From UHGV virus genome UHGV-0073881: a DNA stretch of 64,000 nt; one strand, given 5' to 3'. Positions 41,002-50,907 of the stretch are shown here, in pieces (position 1 is the stretch's first letter; the number at the start of each line of letters is the position of its first letter). The translations under genes and the position numbers were made by a program. Below the pieces are notes generated by a model. That model did no database searches. It was given only the letters and a program-made list of their open reading frames with translations, and was not told the origin of the DNA. The DNA is from a virus.

Positions 41002-43236
41002 ATGATTAAAACAATTCGCAAATCTAATGGAAAACTTGTACAGTTCGAACCAGAACGTTTGAATAAGTGGGCTTCATGGGCTGATAAACGAGGTATTATC
41101 TGGTCAGAAGTTACAATGGAAGCTATGAAGCGTGTCTATGAAGGGTGTACTACAAAAGAAATGCACCAAGCTATGATTGACGTTTGTATTGATAAGCAAA
41201 GTCAAGAATACTCAGATATGGCTGGACGACTTCTGTTAGGTATCATCTATAAAGAAGCTTTTGGTGGATTCACCAAAGTACCAAACCTTTACGTATTTGT
41301 TAAGAATATGGAAGTTTTAGGTCTCTGGGAAAAGATGGATTACTCACGAGAAGAGTTAGAATATCTTCAGGGATTCATTGTACACTCAAAAGATATCTCA
41401 TATGGTTATGCAGTGCTTAAACAGTTCCGTGACAAGTATGGGATTCGTGACGTTAAAACTGGACAACTCTTTGAGTCACCACAGTTCATGTTCATGGGTA
41501 TGGCTATGAAAGCCTTTGAAAGACAGCCTAAACACCGTCGCTTGGAAGACATTATCAAACTGTATACTTACCTGTCAGATTTGAAAATTAATGCTCCTAC
41601 GCCTTATTTGAACGGTTTAAGGGCTACTAAGTCTGGGTATGCTTCATGCTGCTTGATTAAAGCAAATGATACTGCTGAGTCACTTGGTATTGCTACTAAG
41701 GTTGCTTATGATATGACTACAAAGCAAGCTGGTATTGGTATCCTTATGGAGACTCGTACAATTGGTGATGGTATCAGACAGAACACTATTGAGCATATGG
41801 GGAAACTTCCTTATTATAAGCTTGTACGTGCTGCTGTAGAGGCTAATAAGCAGAAGAGTCGTGGTGGTTCAGCTAACAACTTCTTCACAGCCTTAGACCC
41901 TCAGATTGAAGACTTACTTCGTCTGAAGCACCCTACAACGGTTTCATCAAAACGTATTAACGAGATGGACTACTCGTTTGGTGCAAATGATTATTTCTGG
42001 CAGTGTGTACAGTATGATACAGATTGGTTGCTATTCTCTTATAAGGATGCTCCAAAGCTTTATGATATGTTCTATACAGCGAGTGCAGATGAGTTTGCAA
42101 TGGCAGTTGGTCACGCAGTTCACACAGGTGTTAAACACAAACGTGTTAAGGCTCGTGAAGTAGCTAAACTGTTTATCCAGCAGCGTTATGCTACAGGTCG
42201 TGTGTACCCGTTCTTTACGAACAATGCAAATACCCATACACCGTTCAAAGAACCTTTGAAAATGTCAAACCTGTGTATGGAGATTGTCTTACCAGTTTAC
42301 GGGTTTGAAAAAGAACTTGACCTATACAGTGATATTGCAGCAAAAGAAGATGGTGAAGTGGCTCTTTGCTTCTTGGCTAGTCTTGTAGCAGGGAGAATCA
42401 CAGAAGATGAATACGCTGACGTTGCTTACTATGCTTTGGCAATGGTTGACTCCGTTATTGACCTTATGGATTACCCGTACCCGTCAATGCGTAACCATGT
42501 TCAGAAGCGTCGTTCTGTTGGGATTGGCCTTACAAATGTGGCTCATTACCTTGCAAAAAACTACGTAGGTTATTCTTCAAGGGCTGGTAAAACTAAGCTA
42601 CATGAGCTTGCAGAGATGCACTCATATTACTTGCATGAAGCTTCTTTAAGACTGTCTCAAGAGCGTGGTGTACCTGAGTATATGAAGTATACAAAATACC
42701 CTGAAGGTTGGGTTCCACCGAAGACAGCTAACAAGAAGATTGACAGCAAGCACGATGCAAAGTTACGTTTTGATTGGGATGACTTAGCAGACCGTATCAA
42801 GGCAAATGGTGGTATCAGAAACTCTGTACTGGAAGCGTATATGCCTAATGAGAGTTCTTCATTGGCAACTAATACGACAAATGGCTTGTATCCAATTCGT
42901 GACTTCATCTTAACCAAGAAGTCTGCAACTGGTAACGTACTGTTTATCGTTCCAGATTATGAAGAGTTGAAGTATGTCTATGAAATTGCTTGGGATATTG
43001 ACACCTTTGATATGATTGATTGTTATGCAATTGTTCAAAAATTCACTGGTCAAGCTATCTCTTCAGATTTCTATGTTGACTACTCAAAAGCTAAAAAGGT
43101 ATCATTAGAACAAGCTTTGAAGTACATGATTTATGCCAACTCTGTAGGTATGAAGACAATGTACTATCTGAACAGTCGTATTGGTGTTGGTAAATCAGCA
43201 CTTCAAGATGCTTACTGTGAAGGTTGCGGTGTTTAA
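41002..43236 (+). CDS. nrdA: ribonucleoside-diphosphate reductase large subunit (class I)
   Basis: 744 aa of the expected size with an N-terminal ATP-cone-like region and C-terminal Cys pair (CEGCGV); followed by the small-subunit gene. Confidence 0.9.
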   Translation: MIKTIRKSNGKLVQFEPERLNKWASWADKRGIIWSEVTMEAMKRVYEGCTTKEMHQAMIDVCIDKQSQEYSDMAGRLLLGIIYKEAFGGFTKVPNLYVFVKNMEVLGLWEKMDYSREELEYLQGFIVHSKDISYGYAVLKQFRDKYGIRDVKTGQLFESPQFMFMGMAMKAFERQPKHRRLEDIIKLYTYLSDLKINAPTPYLNGLRATKSGYASCCLIKANDTAESLGIATKVAYDMTTKQAGIGILMETRTIGDGIRQNTIEHMGKLPYYKLVRAAVEANKQKSRGGSANNFFTALDPQIEDLLRLKHPTTVSSKRINEMDYSFGANDYFWQCVQYDTDWLLFSYKDAPKLYDMFYTASADEFAMAVGHAVHTGVKHKRVKAREVAKLFIQQRYATGRVYPFFTNNANTHTPFKEPLKMSNLCMEIVLPVYGFEKELDLYSDIAAKEDGEVALCFLASLVAGRITEDEYADVAYYALAMVDSVIDLMDYPYPSMRNHVQKRRSVGIGLTNVAHYLAKNYVGYSSRAGKTKLHELAEMHSYYLHEASLRLSQERGVPEYMKYTKYPEGWVPPKTANKKIDSKHDAKLRFDWDDLADRIKANGGIRNSVLEAYMPNESSSLATNTTNGLYPIRDFILTKKSATGNVLFIVPDYEELKYVYEIAWDIDTFDMIDCYAIVQKFTGQAISSDFYVDYSKAKKVSLEQALKYMIYANSVGMKTMYYLNSRIGVGKSALQDAYCEGCGV

Positions 43237-43244
43237 CTAAACAG

Positions 43245-43264
43245 GGGGCTGAAAAGCCCCTTTT
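43245..43264 (+). terminator. rho-independent terminator
   Basis: GGGGCT-GAAA-AGCCCC followed by TTTT. Confidence 0.6.
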
Positions 43265-43273
43265 GGAGAAACT

Positions 43274-43549
43274 ATGTTAGAACTCATTCAAGATGCAAAA
43301 AACAGGGAACCAAACTGTGCTTTGTATCTGTATTATACTCCAAGAGAGTCTTTATATTATATTGCAGACTATCACCTGAAAGTTAAAATGCCAGATGGTT
43401 CTTGGAAAGAACATCTTCGTTACATTGATTGCTTTAATCCAAGCAATACTTATGCAAGGTCTCTTGACATGTTTAAAGTTAACCGCTGGCAAGTTTTAAC
43501 AGCGTCAGAAGCCAGAGAATTTTACGAAACAGGAAAATTACCAGAATGA
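43274..43549 (+). CDS. hypothetical protein
   Basis: 91-aa ORF between nrdA and nrdB. Confidence 0.45.
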   Translation: MLELIQDAKNREPNCALYLYYTPRESLYYIADYHLKVKMPDGSWKEHLRYIDCFNPSNTYARSLDMFKVNRWQVLTASEAREFYETGKLPE

Positions 43550-44619
43550 TTAATCCACATCCAATCTTTTTAGGAAGTGAGCGAAAAACTTTTGACTCAC
43601 TTAACAAACACTATCCAAAAATCTTTGAACTGTATAAGCAGCAGAAGGCACAAGACTGGTCTGAAGATGAATTCCCATTTGAGCAGTCACGCTTAGACTT
43701 TGAGAGTGTACCAGAATCTATGTCTGGTGTAATGCTTGAGATTCTTAAGTGGCAATGGGAAGCTGATACACAGGTTGCTAAGAGTTTAGCATTTGCTTTT
43801 GCACCATTCATCTCTGATGATATCTATGCAACGGCAATCATGAAGCAATCTGAAATTGAGAACCTTCACGCATTAACTTATTCAGAGATTGTACGTCAGT
43901 GTATCAAAAACCCTGAGACAATCCTTGATGAGATTAACCAGAATGCTGCTGTACAGGACAGATTGAAGACTGTGAACAGAGCACTGGAAGAACTACTTGA
44001 TGAAGGTATTAATTATCGTCTAAGATATGTTCGTGATTCACTGCTTGAAAAAGACCCTTTACACTTCCACAAAGTGATTCTAAAAGGTCTCTTTGCAGTG
44101 ACTGCATTAGAAGGTATCTCCTTCATGGCATCTTTTGCATGTACCTTTGCACTTGATGCACAAGATAAGTTTCAAGGTATTGCACAAGCAGTACAGAAAA
44201 TCATGCTTGATGAAATCATTCACACGAAGATTGATATTGAAGCATTGAAAGAGACTTTGAAAGATGAAGAATGGCAAGAAGCTTTCCGTCAAATCTTACC
44301 AGAAATCAAAGTAATTCTTGACGAAGTAGTTGAAAGCGAAGAGAAATGGTCATATTATATTTTCTCTGAAGGTCGTGCAGTAGTTGGCCTGAACACAAAA
44401 TTGTTGCATGAATGGGTTTACTACAATGCTGCACCATTGTATGATATGTTCGGTATCCCAAGAGATTTTGTAGCTCCTAAAGAACCACCTTTGAAATACA
44501 TGATTAAGAAGATGGAAATCGACAAAGAGCAGAATGCTAACCAAGAGCAACAAAACGGGGCATACTTACTGAACACAGTAGTTGATGATTTGAATAGTGG
44601 ATATTTAGAGGTTCCTTAA
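43546..44619 (+). CDS. nrdB: ribonucleoside-diphosphate reductase small subunit (class I)
   Basis: 357 aa with ferritin-like four-helix features (EGISFMASFACTFAL, EIIHTKID). Confidence 0.85.
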   Translation: MINPHPIFLGSERKTFDSLNKHYPKIFELYKQQKAQDWSEDEFPFEQSRLDFESVPESMSGVMLEILKWQWEADTQVAKSLAFAFAPFISDDIYATAIMKQSEIENLHALTYSEIVRQCIKNPETILDEINQNAAVQDRLKTVNRALEELLDEGINYRLRYVRDSLLEKDPLHFHKVILKGLFAVTALEGISFMASFACTFALDAQDKFQGIAQAVQKIMLDEIIHTKIDIEALKETLKDEEWQEAFRQILPEIKVILDEVVESEEKWSYYIFSEGRAVVGLNTKLLHEWVYYNAAPLYDMFGIPRDFVAPKEPPLKYMIKKMEIDKEQNANQEQQNGAYLLNTVVDDLNSGYLEVP

Positions 44620-44861
44620 TGACTTACATAATTTATTCTAAAGATGGTTGCCCTCAGTGTGTAACTGCGAAGAACTTTGCTCAGGCTCGTGGTGTAGACC
44701 ACATGGTACGTATGTTAGGCACTGATTATGAGCTTCAAGATTTGATGGATATCGCAAAGATGCCAGTTCGTCAAATGCCTTTCATCATGAAGACGGAAGG
44801 CAATGATTTAACCCCTGTTGGTACTTTACAGAATTTTATGGCTGAGGTGAACAATGCTTGA
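44619..44861 (+). CDS. glutaredoxin-like protein
   Basis: 80 aa with redox motif CPQC near the N-terminus; coupled to nrdB. Confidence 0.7.
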   Translation: MTYIIYSKDGCPQCVTAKNFAQARGVDHMVRMLGTDYELQDLMDIAKMPVRQMPFIMKTEGNDLTPVGTLQNFMAEVNNA

Positions 44862-45054
44862 GAAAATTATCAAAGGTTTTAAAGAAGATGCTGTCATGCT
44901 CCTGATTATCATCTTCGCAATGAATATGTTTATTGACTTCAAACAAGGTTTTATGTTTGGGATAATGCTAGTATGGTTAATCATTGAGATACTAGATATC
45001 CACCTTGGATTGAGTGATAAGGTTGAAAAGATATTTAAAAAGATTTTTAAATAA
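44854..45054 (+). CDS. small membrane protein
   Basis: 66 aa with two hydrophobic segments. Confidence 0.4.
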   Translation: MLEKIIKGFKEDAVMLLIIIFAMNMFIDFKQGFMFGIMLVWLIIEILDIHLGLSDKVEKIFKKIFK

Positions 45055-45064
45055 TTTATAATAA

Positions 45065-45087
45065 GGGTCTCTTCGGAGACCTTTTTT
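45065..45087 (+). terminator. rho-independent terminator
   Basis: GGGTCTC-TTCG-GAGACC followed by TTTTTT; near-identical to the terminator at 40958. Confidence 0.65.
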
Positions 45088-45102
45088 ATATCGGGAGTAG
45101 AA

Positions 45103-47256
45103 ATGAATAAATTACAAGTTATCAAAGAAGATGGTTCACTAGAACAACCAAATGTTGAAAAGATTCTGGAAGCTGTAAAGAAATCAGCTAATAGAGTTGG
45201 CTACAAAGAACTTCCAGTAGAAGTTATCCACCAGCTTGAAACAGCATTTACGAGGCTAATCGTTAAGGCAGCTAATCAGAATGCTATGCTCATCTCTGTA
45301 GATGACATTCACAGTATTGTTGAAGGTGCTTTGGCAGAAGTTAACCACGAGATTTATGAGTCTTACTCAACCTACAGGAACTACCGAAAAGAGGTTGCTA
45401 AGAATTGGGACGAACTATATCAGAAGACCAAAGATACCCTATTCTTAGGTGACCGTGAAAATGCTAACTTTGACAGTAGCTTAATCTCTACAAAAGGTTC
45501 TATCATTCGTGGATACCTGACTAAAGAAATTTTTAAACAGTATCACTTGACACCTGAAGAAATGAATGCTATTGAAGATGGTTTTATCTATATTCATGAT
45601 TTGAGAGATTTGGTATTTGGTGGTATTAACTGTTGCTTGTTTGACATTGGTAAAGTCTTGAAAGATGGCTTTGAAATGTCAGGAATTGAATACTGTGAAC
45701 CAAAGTCTGTACTGTCAGCTTTACAAGTAATTGGTGACGTTGTTCTGTCAGCAACTGCACAGCAATTTGGTGGATTCACCATTGCAGAGATTGACAAAGT
45801 GCTTGTACCATATGCTAAGAAATCTCAGGAATACCACAGAGAGATGGCTATTGCTTATGGTATCCCAAAAGAGAATATGTATCAGTATGTTAAGAATCAG
45901 TTGCAGATTGAATTAACTCAAGGCTTCCAATCCCTTGAAATGAAGCTTAACACTGTTCCTTGTAGTCGTGGTGACTTTGCATTCACTACTTTGACATTCG
46001 GTTTACTAGAGTCTGATATGGATAATGAAGATAACCGACTGCAATACACGATTGCAAAAACTATCTTAGACGTTAGAATGAATGGTCAGGGTAAAGCCAA
46101 GAAACCAGTAGTGTTCCCTAAACTTGTATATCTCCACGATAAAACAAGACACTCTCTGGATATCTGGCAAGGTCAACTGTTTAACAAGGCTGTTGAGTGC
46201 TGTTCAAAAGCTATGTACCCAGACTTCTTAAGTGTGTCTGGTCATGGTGCTGTTGCAGATGCTTTCAAGCGTTCTGGTAAGGTTATCTCTCCAATGGGGT
46301 GCAGGGCGTTCTTATCGCCTTACTATGATGAAGCAGGTGAAGAGTTCTATGTAGGTCGTGCTAACATTGGGGCTGTTTCATTAAACTTACCAATGATTTA
46401 CCAGTACTCAAAAGTTAATGGCCTTGACTTCTGGAAAGAGCTTGATAAGTATCTTGAGATGATTCGTAGCTTCCACAAGAAACGCTATGAAATGGTTGCT
46501 AACATGCCAGCTAGTTCAAACCCTCTTGCATTTACGCAAGGTGGTCTGTACAAGGGAGATAAGAAGCCAACTGACAAGATTGGTTGGGAAACTGTGAAAT
46601 CCTTTACAGCCTCTTTTGGTGTAACTGCACTGGATGAGCTAACAGTTCTCGCTGGAGAAGGAAGATTGCATGAATCTGCAATGTCTGGTAAAGAAGGTAT
46701 TGCAACACAGGTTTTAAGCTATCTGAATAAGCGTCTGGAGCAATTTAAAGAAGAAGACGGCTTCTTGTATGCTCTTTATGGTACACCTGCTGAGAGTCTT
46801 TGTGGGACGCAATTAAAGCAGTTCAGAAATATGTTTGGTGTTATCAAAGGTGTTTCTGATAAAGAGTACTTTACAAACAGCTTCCACATGAACGTTGCGG
46901 CAGATATTACACCATTTGAAAAGCAAGACTTAGAAGAACCTTTCTTCCATGCTTGCAATGGAGGGCATATTCAGTATATTCGTCTTGCTAACCCTGAGAA
47001 CACTAAGGCTATTTGGTCTGCTGTTTCAAGGGGTATGGATAAGGGCTTTTATCAAGGGGTTAACTTCGACTTAGCAATCTGTGAGAATTGTGGTCACCGT
47101 CCTAATGCAGATGTTGAAGAGTGTCCTAAGTGTCATTCACATGATATCTCAGTTATCAACCGTGTCTGTGGTTACCTTGGATGGACTAAGATTAAAGGGA
47201 CCTCAAGAATGAATGATGCAAAAATTGCTGAGATTCGTGACAGAAAATCTATGTAA
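45103..47256 (+). CDS. nrdD: anaerobic ribonucleoside-triphosphate reductase (class III)
   Basis: 717 aa; C-terminal zinc ribbon (CENCGH ... CPKCHSHD) and glycyl-radical motif RVCGYLG. Confidence 0.9.
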   Translation: MNKLQVIKEDGSLEQPNVEKILEAVKKSANRVGYKELPVEVIHQLETAFTRLIVKAANQNAMLISVDDIHSIVEGALAEVNHEIYESYSTYRNYRKEVAKNWDELYQKTKDTLFLGDRENANFDSSLISTKGSIIRGYLTKEIFKQYHLTPEEMNAIEDGFIYIHDLRDLVFGGINCCLFDIGKVLKDGFEMSGIEYCEPKSVLSALQVIGDVVLSATAQQFGGFTIAEIDKVLVPYAKKSQEYHREMAIAYGIPKENMYQYVKNQLQIELTQGFQSLEMKLNTVPCSRGDFAFTTLTFGLLESDMDNEDNRLQYTIAKTILDVRMNGQGKAKKPVVFPKLVYLHDKTRHSLDIWQGQLFNKAVECCSKAMYPDFLSVSGHGAVADAFKRSGKVISPMGCRAFLSPYYDEAGEEFYVGRANIGAVSLNLPMIYQYSKVNGLDFWKELDKYLEMIRSFHKKRYEMVANMPASSNPLAFTQGGLYKGDKKPTDKIGWETVKSFTASFGVTALDELTVLAGEGRLHESAMSGKEGIATQVLSYLNKRLEQFKEEDGFLYALYGTPAESLCGTQLKQFRNMFGVIKGVSDKEYFTNSFHMNVAADITPFEKQDLEEPFFHACNGGHIQYIRLANPENTKAIWSAVSRGMDKGFYQGVNFDLAICENCGHRPNADVEECPKCHSHDISVINRVCGYLGWTKIKGTSRMNDAKIAEIRDRKSM

Positions 47257-47267
47257 GTAGTTGACAA

Positions 47268-47306
47268 GGTAGTGTAGGTCTTGATAGGCTTGCACTACCT
47301 TTTTTA
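47268..47306 (+). terminator. stem-loop terminator candidate
   Basis: GGTAGTG ... CACTACC (7-bp stem, long loop) followed by TTTTTT. Confidence 0.45.
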
Positions 47307-47411
47307 TTGGATGTTAGATATGACAGAGAACATCATTGGTTTATTCATAGGTTCTACCTTACTAGGGTTCTTTCTAGGACTCCTTTATTGTGACTTAAGA
47401 GGAAAGTTAAA

Positions 47412-47810
47412 ATGTTTAAAATCTCAAAAGCATTAATGGAAGTGCTGAAAGAATGCACGTTAGATGATGGAAAGTGTGAGAAAGAGCATCGTCGTGGTTC
47501 AAGCTTTTACATCACTAGTGAACTCACAATCACTCAAGAGCTAATTGACTCAATCAAAGAGGATGAAAACTTAGTAGTACCTGATTGGTTACTTGATAAA
47601 ATCATTATCATAACAGGTACTTGGGACGATGATTGGGGAACTGAGATTGGTGATATCTCATTCTACAGCTACATCCAGAAGATTAATCCTAAGTATGTGG
47701 CCTTGATGACTGCTGCACAAGATAGTAAAATCTTGCAAGACTTCATTTACAAACACTGCCCAGAATATGTTATGTCTTATGAAAAGATTGAAGTGGAGGT
47801 GGTAGAATGA
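47412..47810 (+). CDS. hypothetical protein
   Basis: 132-aa ORF between nrdD and nrdG. Confidence 0.45.
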   Translation: MFKISKALMEVLKECTLDDGKCEKEHRRGSSFYITSELTITQELIDSIKEDENLVVPDWLLDKIIIITGTWDDDWGTEIGDISFYSYIQKINPKYVALMTAAQDSKILQDFIYKHCPEYVMSYEKIEVEVVE

Positions 47811-48292
47811 ATTTTATGGAAATTCGAGGATTTGATACAGCTAATGGCGAAGGTGCTCGTGTGAGTATCTTTGTAGCTGGTTGCAAGCATCACTGTGAAG
47901 GTTGCTTCAATAAAGAATCTTGGAAATTCAATGCAGGTAAAGAGTTTACTAATTTTGATATGGCTGATATCTTAGCTATGTTGAAAGATAATGGTATAGA
48001 AGGTTTGTCAGTGTTAGGTGGAGAGCCTTTAGAAGAACGAAACATTGACACTGTAGCGTATATCTGCAAAACTGTTAAAGAGAATTACCCAGAGAAATCT
48101 ATCTGGCTTTGGACAGGTTTCCAGCTTCATCAAAAAATCCACCATGAAGTGATGAAATATGTTGACGTGGTGATTGATGGTAAGTATGATGCTTCTAAAC
48201 AAACGAACAAACCATATCGTGGTTCAGACAACCAAAACTTGTGGAGAAAAGAATATGGCTGGCAAGGTGACTGTCAATGGAGAGCAGAATAA
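47807..48292 (+). CDS. nrdG: anaerobic ribonucleotide reductase activating protein (radical SAM)
   Basis: 161 aa with CxxxCxxC cluster (CKHHCEGC) near the N-terminus; adjacent to nrdD. Confidence 0.85.
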   Translation: MNFMEIRGFDTANGEGARVSIFVAGCKHHCEGCFNKESWKFNAGKEFTNFDMADILAMLKDNGIEGLSVLGGEPLEERNIDTVAYICKTVKENYPEKSIWLWTGFQLHQKIHHEVMKYVDVVIDGKYDASKQTNKPYRGSDNQNLWRKEYGWQGDCQWRAE

Positions 48293-48533
48293 CTACTCCG
48301 GTAAGTGGACTTATAACATCAACTCACTTGATGAGTGGATGGTAAAGACACATGAGAAGTTTGGAGAGCGTGGGTTAGTAGCTCTAGCAGAGCTTGTTAA
48401 AAGTGTTACTTTCCACGTTGATTCAGAAAGTACATTTAATGATGGACAGATGCTTTTCACTGATGTAACATACGAAAATGTTCAAGTTGTTATCGAAAAA
48501 GAAGAACTAGACCAGTTCTGTATTAAACTTTAA
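48255..48533 (+). CDS. hypothetical protein
   Basis: start set at internal ATG 48255 (GGAG 8 nt upstream); track ORF 48174 overlaps nrdG extensively. Confidence 0.4.
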   Translation: MAGKVTVNGEQNNYSGKWTYNINSLDEWMVKTHEKFGERGLVALAELVKSVTFHVDSESTFNDGQMLFTDVTYENVQVVIEKEELDQFCIKL

Positions 48534-48806
48534 ATGAGAGAGATTAAAATGGGAATTTTTAGTAACATGAAAGCTGGTTTCTTAGCGGCACTGGCAAAAG
48601 CAGCAGCAATTGTTTCTATGACAGGTAAGCAAGTTGGTGTAGATGCTTCAGCAGTTGCACAGGTTCTTGCAAGCCAGATTGAAAACCAACCTTACATCCA
48701 CGTTGGACGTGGTAAAGGCGGTAAGAAACAAGCTCACCGTCAGTCTGGTGCAGCAGCAATTAAACGTGCAGCTAAAAAAGCTCGCAACCGTAAACGTAGC
48801 AAGTAA
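48534..48806 (+). CDS. hypothetical basic protein
   Basis: 90 aa with K/R-rich C-terminus. Confidence 0.4.
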   Translation: MREIKMGIFSNMKAGFLAALAKAAAIVSMTGKQVGVDASAVAQVLASQIENQPYIHVGRGKGGKKQAHRQSGAAAIKRAAKKARNRKRSK

Positions 48807-48818
48807 GGGATAGCCAAC

Positions 48819-49130
48819 ATGGAAAAGGTTTATAACACCCGTAAGATTCAGATTGCAATTTTGTGCCAGTTTATGGCTGATAGATATGATGCACATTATT
48901 GTGGTACAGGTTTTTTAGCTTTTGGTGGTGAGTATATCCCATTTAAGAAAGCTGTAAAGATGTACAACGAATCTTCTGATGAACGTAAAGAGTTAGAGCA
49001 GCTTAAGCTAACTTATGACAAGAAATCTAAGAAGATTATCTGCCTTAACAACTATATCAAACCTACTCATCACGTTCTGGATAATATTGGTGAAGAAGGT
49101 TTCTTCAAAGTGTTGAAAATCTCGCAGTAA
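48819..49130 (+). CDS. hypothetical protein
   Basis: 103-aa ORF followed by a terminator. Confidence 0.4.
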   Translation: MEKVYNTRKIQIAILCQFMADRYDAHYCGTGFLAFGGEYIPFKKAVKMYNESSDERKELEQLKLTYDKKSKKIICLNNYIKPTHHVLDNIGEEGFFKVLKISQ

Positions 49131-49143
49131 TAGTTTATGATTA

Positions 49144-49168
49144 GGGAACTGTAAAAGGTTCCCTTTTT
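49144..49168 (+). terminator. rho-independent terminator
   Basis: GGGAAC-tgtaaaa-GGTTCCC followed by TTTTT. Confidence 0.6.
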
Positions 49169-49182
49169 ATTTTGGAGAAAAC

Positions 49183-49698
49183 ATGTATCTTGCAAACCTT
49201 AAGCGTTCTGCTGCAATGTCTGTTCTACGTCTTGACTTTGATGAGCGTCAAGAATTTATAGACTCCCACAAATATGACCCTTCAAACTCTAATCACATGG
49301 TTCTTTGGAATCGTGGAAGCTTCCGTGACAAATCACTCTTCAGATACTACCCTCACTACACCATAGACAACCTATACGAGTACTGCGTTGTCAAGAACAC
49401 TATTGCAGTACTTAACAAACTATGCAGATACTCTGGCAAGCAAGCTTTTACATTAGGCCACCACAAACCCGTCACAAAGGGTGGTGAACATCATTGCTCT
49501 AACTGGTTTATCCAGACTCAGCTTGATAACCAAAAGCAGGGAGAAACTATTCTGGACACCCCTAAGATGAACTATGAAGAACAAAAGGCTTATCTTAAAA
49601 ATAATATGCCACCAATGCTTGACAAGGAATATGCAGTTCTGGCAATATCTCTCTTGTTGAAGTTTGAGACAGTTTATAGGGCAACTTATCATGGCTAA
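49183..49698 (+). CDS. putative HNH-family endonuclease
   Basis: 171 aa; HNH-like segment GHHKPVTKGGEHHCSNWFIQTQLDN. Confidence 0.4.
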   Translation: MYLANLKRSAAMSVLRLDFDERQEFIDSHKYDPSNSNHMVLWNRGSFRDKSLFRYYPHYTIDNLYEYCVVKNTIAVLNKLCRYSGKQAFTLGHHKPVTKGGEHHCSNWFIQTQLDNQKQGETILDTPKMNYEEQKAYLKNNMPPMLDKEYAVLAISLLLKFETVYRATYHG

Positions 49699-49969
49699 AG
49701 AGAAATGGGAAATCTTACCATTAGTTAGTGACGGTGGAAATGGTTGTGAAATGTATATGATACGTGGTCACGTCCCAGAATCACTGGCTCTTGAAATGGT
49801 AGACCATTATACAGATGGTTCTTACAAAGACTTCGGAGAACCAAATGTTAAACAGCAATGGGTTAAACCTGTACCAGATAGTACAGGAAACTGTAGTGTT
49901 CTTTACCACACTGTAGACCCTGCAAAATGTAAATCTGCAATGGCAGTAACCAACGTAACTTTTGATTGA
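49664..49969 (+). CDS. hypothetical protein
   Basis: 101-aa ORF. Confidence 0.4.
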   Translation: MRQFIGQLIMAKEKWEILPLVSDGGNGCEMYMIRGHVPESLALEMVDHYTDGSYKDFGEPNVKQQWVKPVPDSTGNCSVLYHTVDPAKCKSAMAVTNVTFD

Positions 49970-50861
49970 GAGAAATATTATGAAAACCACTATTCGAGTT
50001 CTGCTAAGTTCTAATGCTAAAGGTAGCATTCAAGAAATCTTTAATATTATCCAATTTCCGTCTGGTGAGATTGGTGGCAACTTCTCTGAAGACTTTGTAG
50101 AATTTGCTGAAAGCTTTGCTGGTAAGATTGAAAATGTCATATTTACTGTGCAGGGTTATGATAAAGATACTTTGTTTGCCTTAGCTTTAGCTAAAGAGGC
50201 AGTTGACAAGCTCATCCCTCAAGGTTCAGCTATGAAGACTGTTCTGTTCGGGTTCTTACCAAATGCCCGTTATGACCGTCACATGTTTAAAGGTGATGCA
50301 GCAGCACTCAAAGTGTTTGCCAATCTGGTGAATGCAATGGAATTTGATGCAGTATGCTCTCTGGATGTTCATAGCAATGTCGCAGAAAACCTGTTTAAGT
50401 GCTTCCATTGCATACCTCAGAAAGAGTTTGCGGCACACTTTGCAAGTGACCCACGTATTGATTACTTGGTAGCACCAGATGCAGGTGCAGCTAAGAAGAC
50501 TGAAGAGGCTGCTAAAGAGGTTGAAAAGCCTTATATTACAATGGCTAAGGTTCGTAATCTGAAAACTGGTGAAATTACCGGTATGCGAATCCTTGACGAT
50601 GTAGACTTAACTGGTAAGACTGTCATGATTCTGGATGATATCTGTGATGGTGGTCGAACCTTCGTAGAGGCTGCAAAGTATCTTCGTGAAGCTGGAGCAG
50701 AACGTGTAGAACTCTGTGTCACTCATGGGATTTTCTCTAAAGGTGTTGAAAATCTTCTTGACAATGGTATCGACCATATCTACACTACAAACTCATTAGG
50801 TGATGCTAAAGACCGTGGTCTGAATAAGCACTCACAAGTAACTGTAGCAAACATTGAATAA
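49962..50861 (+). CDS. prs: ribose-phosphate pyrophosphokinase-like protein (PRPP synthetase family)
   Basis: 299 aa; PRPP-binding-loop-like VMILDDICDGGRTF; immediately upstream of the NAMPT-like gene. Confidence 0.7.
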   Translation: MIERNIMKTTIRVLLSSNAKGSIQEIFNIIQFPSGEIGGNFSEDFVEFAESFAGKIENVIFTVQGYDKDTLFALALAKEAVDKLIPQGSAMKTVLFGFLPNARYDRHMFKGDAAALKVFANLVNAMEFDAVCSLDVHSNVAENLFKCFHCIPQKEFAAHFASDPRIDYLVAPDAGAAKKTEEAAKEVEKPYITMAKVRNLKTGEITGMRILDDVDLTGKTVMILDDICDGGRTFVEAAKYLREAGAERVELCVTHGIFSKGVENLLDNGIDHIYTTNSLGDAKDRGLNKHSQVTVANIE

Positions 50862-50871
50862 AAACTTTAAA

Positions 50872-50893
50872 GGGGCTGCATAGCCCCATTTTG
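50872..50893 (+). terminator. stem-loop terminator candidate
   Basis: GGGGCT-gcat-AGCCCC followed by ATTTTG. Confidence 0.45.
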
Positions 50894-50907
50894 AGAGAGA
50901 TAAGAAG

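Noticed and set aside
47261-47290. TTGACA hexamer after nrdD as a promoter
   Set aside because: No acceptable -10 hexamer 16-19 nt downstream; the sequence is better explained as part of the stem-loop terminator.
47311-47436. 41-codon hydrophobic ORF between nrdD and the next gene
   Set aside because: Its ATG sits directly in the terminator T-run with no RBS and it overlaps the downstream start; kept only as a note.
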